64,000 bases of DNA from Setoptus koraiensis (Eukaryota > Animalia > Arthropoda). The DNA lies in NCBI GenBank assembly GCA_048013815.1, contig CM106585.1, positions 7,502,001 to 7,566,000 on the forward strand, in the 5' to 3' direction. Below the pieces are notes generated by a model that saw nothing but the letters and a program-made list of their open reading frames with translations, did not search any database and was not told where the DNA came from. This document shows positions 12,430-20,855 of the stretch, one piece after another (the stretch's first letter is position 1; each line of letters opens with the position of its first letter). The position numbers were made by a program, and so were the translations under genes.

Positions 12430-13059
12430 ATTTTTCGGGTTTGTAAATAATCTAATATCTAGTAAGAGAGTACCAAGTTATCTTGTGATATAAATATTAG
12501 ATGGGTTATGTTGAGAATGAACGATTGTTTATTCAACAGGGCGCTGTTACTATTATCGAGTGATACCAAGTATGTTACATAATTGACTGAATTGCCAGTG
12601 CAAGCTGTTGAAGATTTGATGCAATGCAACAGCATGCGTGTTCGATCGAACGATGAAAAAGTGTCGTAGCAACACGTCTGATAGACGCCGCCAGTTTGTT
12701 GAAATAAGTACAAGCGAAATTGATTTCTATCTTCTCTTGATGTTTCTACAGTACAAGAAACGCTTCATCATTGTATCCGCGACCGGCGGACAAACTGGCG
12801 GCGTCTATCAGACGTGTTGCTACGACACTTTTTCATCGTTCGATCGAACACGCATGTTGTTGCATTGCATCAAATCTTCAACAGCTTGCACTGGCAATTC
12901 AGTCAATTATGTAACATACTTGGTATCACTCGATAATAGTAACAGCGCCCTGTTGAATAAACAATCGTTCATTCTCAACATAACCCATCTAATATTTATA
13001 TCACAAGATAACTTGGTACTCTCTTACTAGATATTAGATTATTTACAAACCCGAAAAAT

Positions 13060-14550
13060 ATGGCAGAACAAGTTCCAGAACCAAACCAAGATGAAAGGAG
13101 CCTAAATGAAGACCCGAAAATCAATTCTGGTGGCGACCCAAAAAATGATTCAAGTAGCCCTAGCTCGTCGTCGGAAACACCACCTTACAACAAATCTACT
13201 GAGAAATATTGGTCTAAATTCGATCCAAATGAAGAATTAGTTTGGATGGACTATTGTATAGAGGATATACCGAAATACGAGCTACGAAAAGAGATAACCG
13301 ACGAGCAACTACTGATTTATTTCCACAACTTCCATGCCACTTTGAACACAGAAGTGAAGAATTCGAGTTTCGCAATATTGATGAACTTGATGTTGCAGTT
13401 GGCCCCAGATCTGTTCAATACGTATTATAACGCGACTCACGGACACAAGATGATAGAGTCTCCTATGAGAGGACCCGTCAGAGAACTGATTATACCAGAA
13501 AATCTATCTACTAGAATAGAGGTAGACTTCAATTGCAAAAAGGAGATCAATATTCCGAAATCGAATTGTGACAGAGAAGGAACTGTAGAAGTAGATGATA
13601 AACGATTCAATGAGTGGTACTCGGATATATCACACAAACAAGACTCTATTGCATTCTTTGCCCTGTTTAGTATAGCCAGCTTTAGAATTCTAACAAAATC
13701 GAGATACAATTCTATGAAACATCTGCAAGGACTTTTATTCAAAAGATTTCGTAGCTTCTCAAGTTCTGCTGACCCTGAAGTATTCCCTCTTATAAGTGAG
13801 AAATTTATCGAATCTTACCAAGCTATCGCCAGAGAAGATTACGCACCTTTCAAGAGTACACTTGCTGATGTTATATACTTTTTTAATTCACCAGTACTAA
13901 AGGAAGCTAGCTCACCACTTGACTCAATTCTGTACAACCATTATGAAAAACGCGATTATTTCTATCGCTATGCAATTCGATTGCCTCTAAATTGGACTGA
14001 TATGGCGGTATTTAGAATCTTTTTTGGAATTGAACGCACAGATCTTCGTAAGTTAGTTTTATGGTTGAGGGACCGAATTGAGGAAATGAAAAATACCTCG
14101 ATCATGAAACAGTTTAAAAATTTTGCAAGGCTGTTTTTCACCTGCTGTTGGCGACACTATCGACCTTCTTCTATGAAAAGGTATGCTCGCCTTATAGACA
14201 AAAGATTTTATTCTTCTCTAAGTGATGCGACAAACAAAGAATTATGGTGTCTATTAGCCGGGATCGGAGCGTCAAACAATTCAAATTATATGGGGCAAAA
14301 GAATATACACATATTAAAAGCTTTCCTACCAAGAAATAAAAAGAGGATATCATATTTTCGGAAGATCTTCAAGAAGGGATTCTCGTTGGGTGAAGCGTTG
14401 AGAAAGGGCCTTGACACCAAGTATAGTGATGAAAATTTCAACGTTCTAATCAGTGAGTGTAAGGCGAAATTTGATGCGAAACTCTGGCCACCCCAAAGAA
14501 AGCAAATGACTAGCAATGAGAAACCGCCACCCCAATCGAACGATGGATAG
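13060..14550 (+). CDS. Plant-rhabdovirus-like nucleocapsid (N) protein, endogenous viral element copy B, 496 aa, intact and intronless
   Basis: Inverted paralogue of copy A; first 100 aa identical; retains RYARLIDKRFYSSLSDATNKELWCLLAGI and LPLNWTDMAVF. Confidence 0.78.
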   Translation: MAEQVPEPNQDERSLNEDPKINSGGDPKNDSSSPSSSSETPPYNKSTEKYWSKFDPNEELVWMDYCIEDIPKYELRKEITDEQLLIYFHNFHATLNTEVKNSSFAILMNLMLQLAPDLFNTYYNATHGHKMIESPMRGPVRELIIPENLSTRIEVDFNCKKEINIPKSNCDREGTVEVDDKRFNEWYSDISHKQDSIAFFALFSIASFRILTKSRYNSMKHLQGLLFKRFRSFSSSADPEVFPLISEKFIESYQAIAREDYAPFKSTLADVIYFFNSPVLKEASSPLDSILYNHYEKRDYFYRYAIRLPLNWTDMAVFRIFFGIERTDLRKLVLWLRDRIEEMKNTSIMKQFKNFARLFFTCCWRHYRPSSMKRYARLIDKRFYSSLSDATNKELWCLLAGIGASNNSNYMGQKNIHILKAFLPRNKKRISYFRKIFKKGFSLGEALRKGLDTKYSDENFNVLISECKAKFDAKLWPPQRKQMTSNEKPPPQSNDG

Positions 14551-15280
14551 GGTCGTACCTCCAACGTATATTTCATTTCCGTACACTCCTCTTTAACTTA
14601 TTGCCCAAATTTAGCAGGGAGAGGTACTCTGACCAGCTAACATCGGCTATTTGTCCCTGCCGCCATTGCCCACCGACCACACCAATAACTAACTTAACAG
14701 TGAACCACCGCAAGCGCAGTGAAAATCACCCCGCAAAGATGCCGGCAATCGTGATATTGTTTGGTTTCTTCTCACTGAACATCAACCAACCTAATCATCA
14801 ACAAGAGTTCTCAAATCCTCCTAAGACGTTGCAGCAACCACCTATGGTCTCGATAAAAGAATGCTTCCACCTGCAATTTCGCGCTGGCAAAACCATTTAC
14901 AATAGTAATCACTATTATTACTATTATTGCTATTATATGATTACCACTGTCATTGATATTATCATCCATGTGTAGTTCGATAAAAAATATATTTAGCTAA
15001 CTTCTATTGTCTCGTTTCTGCCACCATGGAAATTTTCTAAATGAATTGTAATACTTCTGCCACCCATTCAGTATAGATTTAGATCCTATTCCTTTGATCG
15101 AAGAATCTCGCGGACAAACCGAGCTCGATAATATAGAGAAAAACCGTCGTGCCGAAACAAGATCAAAAACAAATCGCAAATAGATCTGATAAATTTTACT
15201 CTTTTAGATACATTGAATAATTAATATGACAGTTCTCAACAATTACATAACACATGGACATAAGACAGGCAGGGTTAATA

Positions 15281-17866
15281 TCACAGAAATGACGAAGAGG
15301 AGGAGGACGAACTTGATGACGAGTTCGAATGCTGAACATTTGGTTTCTTGTTATTATTACCTGTCCGTGGCTCAATAACACCATCTAAAACGTAAGCTAG
15401 TGCTGTAGACGTCAATTTCCTGTCGCAGTCCTCAATTGTTGCATCTAATTTGATTAGTAATGATTCCTTTCTACTATCGAAGGCTAGCTTCTTGTCTGAT
15501 TCAACTTTTGAGAAAAGATTATTCGCTTCTATTTCGTCAACTATATCCAGAAGTCTAGACTTGATTTCTTTGAGACTGTTCAATAATGTAGATTTGATAT
15601 CGCGACCCAATGATCTGTAGCCGTCATCGTTGTCTGAGTCGTTGGAGTCTTCATTTTCGGCTATGTTGATCAACGATCTGGGCGTTGAGCTAACCTTGGA
15701 AAGGTTAGAACCAATAGATTTCTTTTGATGATGATTGAGAGTTACAACAGGCATGAAGTCATCGTCGTCTTGCCGCGACAGCTGTTTCACTCTTTTCAAA
15801 CTTATCCTTTGGTTACAATCCAGTTGATCTTGAAGACATTGCAATTCTTGATGAAGACGGCTGATTAGTTTGTCTTTGTCACAATCCAACTGATGATTTT
15901 GTTTGTTAGCTTCGTTCAGGGTATCCAAGTCTTTCTTCATTTTTTCAATTATGTCATCTTTCATCTTGACGCGTGAATCGTTATTTTTACTATCAAGTTC
16001 TAACTGCCGGTGCTTCTCATTCAATGAAGCGATCACCTCTCTGGACTCTTTGAGTTCTTCTGCCAACTTAACCAAGTCACTGGCTAGTTTTTGATTTTCA
16101 CTTTCGAGATTGTTTTTGTCTTTCTGCATGATGACGAATGAATCTTGCAGTGAATTATAAGTTTGATTCTGAATACGTAGCTCCTCTTTTTTGTCATCCA
16201 GCTCTTTCTGAAGATTCTCGCATTTAGCTCTCAGAAGCAAGTTTTGTCTGGTTTTTCTCACAAGAGCAGAATTCTTTTCCATCACGGTCTTGCCAACTTT
16301 TTCATAATCCCTTTGCAATTCATTGTAGGATTCTTCACTATTTCTGATGGATTGTTTTAGTTGCTCGATGAAGAAATTTTGATCTTTAATTTTGGAGTTC
16401 AACATGACACTGATAGCCTTGTTAGAAGATAAATCGTTTGTTGATGTCTGACTCTTAGCAGCTTTGGCCTGCGTGCTCTTGGAGGAATTTGTCAAAAATG
16501 ATACGTCGCGGAACTGCGACTTCAAACACTTATAAACCATTTTGAAATTGCTGCTTGTAGAGTTGCTAGCGCGACCTGCGTTGGCCGGAAGTGAAGCACT
16601 CGATCGAGGTTTGTTAATTTGCTGACTTGTATGTCTTTCGGGTGCTCTTCGCGTTGTCCTAACGAAAGATCTGTCGTCTTTGACCTGTGAAACGCATCGC
16701 CGATGATGTTGATTGGGTTCCGTTTCTAAAGAGTCAGGTTCGAAGCTTTCGTCATCTTTACGATGGTCGTCAAAATCATGATGCACTTGAAGTGACGAGA
16801 ATGAATTATCGCTCGTCTTATTTAAAGGATTTATTCCTCTCGATTGAGAGACATTAGTCAATAGATGAGATCCTGTGCAATTACACTCCAAGGTCGTATG
16901 AAAATTTTCCATTTTATTACTCAATGGTTGAACATGACTGTCCAAATACTTTTGATATGTTTGGTTGGACCGAGAATCGGGTAAATTTCCATAGATTGCA
17001 CGCTGGTTTTTCACCATGAGTTCCTTGTACTCATTACGTCCGTACCTATTACCAGTATTACTATCTGTACTATAGTCACAACTGTTTACTTGATCGAATG
17101 TAGGATTGTTAGAGGCAAATACTGGTGGCAATGGGGGCGGAGGTTGCTGATATGTGGGCAGATATTTGGTCGGTTGCTCGAACCAATTCGGATTATAGTT
17201 CGCATAAATGGAACAGTCAATACATTGTTGTGGGTCGACAAAACAATTTCGATTCTGTATTGGTGTTTGCACAATCAAGTTTGATGAATTTTGAGGATTA
17301 GAGTTGTTGTGGACACAATTGAAATCCGGTGAACACAGACAAGTGTAATAGGGAAAACTAGAGTTGGTGTTGCTTCTTGGACCATATGATAATTCCTCTG
17401 ATGTGTTGTGTAGGTCAGGTATGCTGTTAACGTAAATATTTGATATCTGACCAATATGGGAAACGTAATTTGATTCCGTATCGATAGCTTTTAATGGCGT
17501 AGAACAAGAGACCGGACGTGCTATCTCGTCTACTTTTGTTTGAAAGCTGACACGACGCGGCCGAGGCGTTGGTACATCAATAGGTTTCGACGCTTCGAAA
17601 CAGAAGCGACAATCTGGCGGGCATTTACTACAGTCAATGTTACCGTAAGTACTGTTTGGCGATTCGTCCTCGTCACGAGAGCTTTGTCCTATTAGTTGTT
17701 TTAGGTTACCATTTTTGGTTATTGTCATGAGCAAATCAGGTTGACACTCAGTATTAGTTGAATTGGTAGGTTTAACAGTGAGAGATTCGTGTTGAGAACC
17801 GTAAACATTTTGATAGACTTCATCCAGTCGTTGCTTTGATGGCGGCGGATGTCTGGGAGTTTTCAT
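15281..17866 (-). CDS. Uncharacterised 861-aa protein: disordered N/S/P-rich N-terminal half, coiled-coil C-terminal half
   Basis: Long ATG-initiated ORF; E/K/L/Q heptad-rich segment at about aa 495-700; no family recognised. Confidence 0.75.
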   Translation of the reverse strand: MKTPRHPPPSKQRLDEVYQNVYGSQHESLTVKPTNSTNTECQPDLLMTITKNGNLKQLIGQSSRDEDESPNSTYGNIDCSKCPPDCRFCFEASKPIDVPTPRPRRVSFQTKVDEIARPVSCSTPLKAIDTESNYVSHIGQISNIYVNSIPDLHNTSEELSYGPRSNTNSSFPYYTCLCSPDFNCVHNNSNPQNSSNLIVQTPIQNRNCFVDPQQCIDCSIYANYNPNWFEQPTKYLPTYQQPPPPLPPVFASNNPTFDQVNSCDYSTDSNTGNRYGRNEYKELMVKNQRAIYGNLPDSRSNQTYQKYLDSHVQPLSNKMENFHTTLECNCTGSHLLTNVSQSRGINPLNKTSDNSFSSLQVHHDFDDHRKDDESFEPDSLETEPNQHHRRCVSQVKDDRSFVRTTRRAPERHTSQQINKPRSSASLPANAGRASNSTSSNFKMVYKCLKSQFRDVSFLTNSSKSTQAKAAKSQTSTNDLSSNKAISVMLNSKIKDQNFFIEQLKQSIRNSEESYNELQRDYEKVGKTVMEKNSALVRKTRQNLLLRAKCENLQKELDDKKEELRIQNQTYNSLQDSFVIMQKDKNNLESENQKLASDLVKLAEELKESREVIASLNEKHRQLELDSKNNDSRVKMKDDIIEKMKKDLDTLNEANKQNHQLDCDKDKLISRLHQELQCLQDQLDCNQRISLKRVKQLSRQDDDDFMPVVTLNHHQKKSIGSNLSKVSSTPRSLINIAENEDSNDSDNDDGYRSLGRDIKSTLLNSLKEIKSRLLDIVDEIEANNLFSKVESDKKLAFDSRKESLLIKLDATIEDCDRKLTSTALAYVLDGVIEPRTGNNNKKPNVQHSNSSSSSSSSSSSFL

Positions 17867-18059
17867 TTTATTTAATTTCTTTAGTTGTGGTCAATTGATA
17901 ATGGTGTGCAAATGAATAGTGAAGCCATTGAAGAGAACAATTGAGATTGATTAGAGAATGTTGATTGACAATGGGTGCTCAAAAACAATAGTGAAAATGA
18001 AAGCGCACAAATGTGTCGCTTGTCACTGTTGGACGGAATAAGCGCAATTTCAATCGATT

Positions 18060-19028
18060 TTATCGACTTACCTTGAGAGAGTTGAACTTGCTATGCTGAT
18101 TTTCCATTAACAGTTGTTTTGAGTCATCTTGGAGATTTTTTACTCGTGCCAGAGTTTCCTCGCCGCTCATAGTAATGACATTCAGAGCATTCTTCTCACG
18201 TCGACGGCGTGGTGGTTTTATGGGTACATCAAGATCAGAGTTTGAGTGCACGTCAACATAGAACGTGCCACAATCAACGTTCGATGATGATTCATCATTA
18301 TTTGGGTAGATGGTGTTGTTGGCGTTATTAGCGTGATTATTATTATTATGATGTTGTTGATTGTTTGCCGTCAGGTTTATTCCAGAATCAACAGACAGAT
18401 GAAGATTTTCGAGGTGATCAGTTTTTTCATCAACGGAACGTTGTTGTGGTTGATGCGCAATTGATTCGTAAAACACAGTTGGACAGTGTGTTTCCGTAAT
18501 ATTGTCGACAACAATTTCATACGAATCATTTGTGTGATTGTTTTGCCAATCGTCAATTGGGCACGATGAATCCAAATGTGGTTGGCATTCGAGCGAATGC
18601 GAGTGATCATGGGCATCCATTTTTTGATAGCCAGCATCAATTTCGTTGCCGCGGTTTTTCACATATAGGCCATCATCATTAGAATTCCATTGATTGTCGT
18701 GTAGACCAGAGTGGTCGGTTGTTGTTATAATTAAGTTGGCGTCACGTTGCGTTTTATTATGGTTCATTTGTTTGTTTAATCGAGATTGACGAGGCATCGG
18801 ACGAACAGGACAGGCCGGAATTGGTCGCACAAATAGGTTTGTTTTACATGGTTTAGATGTTGGTTGTGTTAGTTGATGCACATAGTCGTTGAATTGAATC
18901 GCGAGCGGCATCATCATTTGTTTGAATAGTTTCAATTTCACATAATTAGACGGGTTACATTTAAGAATAATATGATTAGTTTTGATCTTATATTTGATAC
19001 GGTGAGAGTTGAGCTTTCGAGCAGTCAT
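18060..19028 (-). CDS. Uncharacterised N/H/D-rich disordered protein (true start may be the internal MMMPL)
   Basis: 322-aa ORF, low complexity, PIKPPRRRR motif near the C-terminus; no family recognised. Confidence 0.55.
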   Translation of the reverse strand: MTARKLNSHRIKYKIKTNHIILKCNPSNYVKLKLFKQMMMPLAIQFNDYVHQLTQPTSKPCKTNLFVRPIPACPVRPMPRQSRLNKQMNHNKTQRDANLIITTTDHSGLHDNQWNSNDDGLYVKNRGNEIDAGYQKMDAHDHSHSLECQPHLDSSCPIDDWQNNHTNDSYEIVVDNITETHCPTVFYESIAHQPQQRSVDEKTDHLENLHLSVDSGINLTANNQQHHNNNNHANNANNTIYPNNDESSSNVDCGTFYVDVHSNSDLDVPIKPPRRRREKNALNVITMSGEETLARVKNLQDDSKQLLMENQHSKFNSLKVSR

Positions 19029-20855
19029 TTTATATAGCCTGTTTGAGAATGTCTATTTGAGTACTTGTGATTTGTAGTGTTTTTTAGTAGTGATGCAAAG
19101 ATAGTTGGTTAGATCTACGTTCACACAGAGACTACTATGCATAAAGGCCACCAGTCGAATGACTGTTGAATCGTCAACAGAATAACAAAACGCAAGCAGA
19201 TGTAATAAGAAACTTCACTTTATCATGGTCAAAGTCATTTCATTTGAATACCATCGTGTCTCGCATCACGAGCATCAAAGGCAATGTAGCACAAATCACA
19301 ATGCAACACATGCTAATGTGCCATATCACACATTGCTAGTACCAGTACTGGGTGATCATTATCATTCGTCTGTTACGCGCATACATTCCAGCATGCAGAG
19401 ATAACCTAACGACCAGATTCCATCATCTCAGACGGTACCTCTTCCTGATTGTAATGTTAGTTGAATGTAATGACGGATGAAAAAAAAAAGTCCAGTAAAA
19501 AGAAGAAACCCTCTACTCGAACTATAGGAGGAAGTGGGGACCCGCCATACGCTCACTGTGTGAGTGTGTCCGATTCAAAGAGAACGTATAAGTGGCAGCA
19601 CGTGAGAACTTTCGCAGTGATTCCATCGCAGTGAAATATGTCAATAGATGAGAACGTTTGCGATTTGTAAGTTTAGCCATCTGTGATCATCATTGCATAA
19701 AATCTGCCCGTACGGTAATGCTTGCTACAATGCACAACCAACAACAGCATGGCGGGAAGTACCATCAATGGAATCTAATGGTGCACAATCTATTTCGGAG
19801 ACAAACTATTAGTTGTTTGTTTCTATAATGACAGGAATGTAAGGAATAATGACATTTTGCGACGTCTACAGAGTAATATTAGTTCTTATTAACAACAATT
19901 TATTTCATTTCTGTTGAAATGTAATCTTTAGAATATAGAGTAATAGACCATTGAGTGTAAATATTCATCAATGGCTACTCGATATAACATAAAACACGAG
20001 TTGCTTAACAATTTTGACAATTTGTAGTTAGTATACTGATTAAACAATGATTGCAAGAACGCCAAAAAACTTCTATTATTTTACACATATACCTATATGT
20101 ATATATACAGTGGTTGCTCTCAAAATATTCAATATCTCATCTAAGAGTATATTTGTTTACTAGAAACGCACATTTTACCGGCCTTGCTAATAAATCATAA
20201 TGATAAAGCATCAGACTAAATCTAAAGCAAGCGAATAGATTTGTCGATGTTGCAATTAGCATTATACTATACAAATTGTGTATAACAGTATAATGAAACG
20301 CATACTTAGTTACTCTCATTTCAGGTATAATAATTGCCTATTGAAGTAATAAATGACAATCACAAATTGTCGGCTGTGCGTGAGAAGTACAGAAATTGGT
20401 AGTTTAAAAAAAATTATTGTGAAAACAACGTGCTCTTAAGAAGATTATTAACATCTTCTCTCGATTTGACAAATGAGAGATTATTGCTTTGTTTTTCTTC
20501 TTTGATGATTAGCTTTGCCAACGGTAAACGACACGAAAGCTCGCATTCGTCAACTACCAGATATTAGATTGAAGATTATAGTAGTAGTAACGATAATGTG
20601 AGCTATTCGACAAAATACGATATCTTAGTGAGTTCATTTCCCTGGATCGAGGAAACGATCAGCGAATCGACGATACTTGAGGTTTCAGATTTAGTTTGGA
20701 TGGAGAGTATAGTTTCGCTTGGGCCGATGGACAAAGTGTGTAAAGATTGAAGGTTAGAGTGACTGTCGTTGAGGATTAGATAGCTGATTGAGGTGTTATT
20801 TTTCCAATTGAGTTGAAATAGCGCGGCTTGATGAAGAGAGTTCTTGTAATTAGTA

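Larger units (their letters stand above)
10418..15086. repeat. Long inverted repeat (palindrome): left arm 10418..12699, spacer 12700..12789 (90 bp), right arm 12790..15086
   Basis: Reverse-complement match traced by hand: inner ends ccagtttgt(12699)/acaaactgg(12790); outer ends ggatctaaatc(10418)/gatttagatcc(15086). The 15-bp arm length difference equals the 5-aa difference between the two ORFs. Confidence 0.97.

Noticed and set aside
12950-12970. gaataaacaat upstream and gataaaaaat downstream (~14978) resembling rhabdovirus gene-junction signals
   Set aside because: Short AT-rich matches that are expected by chance in this composition and are not an exact consensus.
12459-13030. Identical short ORFs in the palindrome centre (12459..12713 and 12638..13030)
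   Set aside because: Mirror products of the inverted repeat with no recognisable domain.
10529-14975. 124-aa ORFs downstream of each N-like gene (10529..10903 and 14601..14975) as a possible viral P-gene remnant
   Set aside because: TTG start, no P-like features, and the differences between arms are mostly amino-acid-changing; they are twins only because of the inverted repeat.
10400-15105. Palindrome as a foldback or DNA transposon with terminal inverted repeats
   Set aside because: No transposase and no target-site duplication at the outer junctions; the arms consist of the gene and its flanks.
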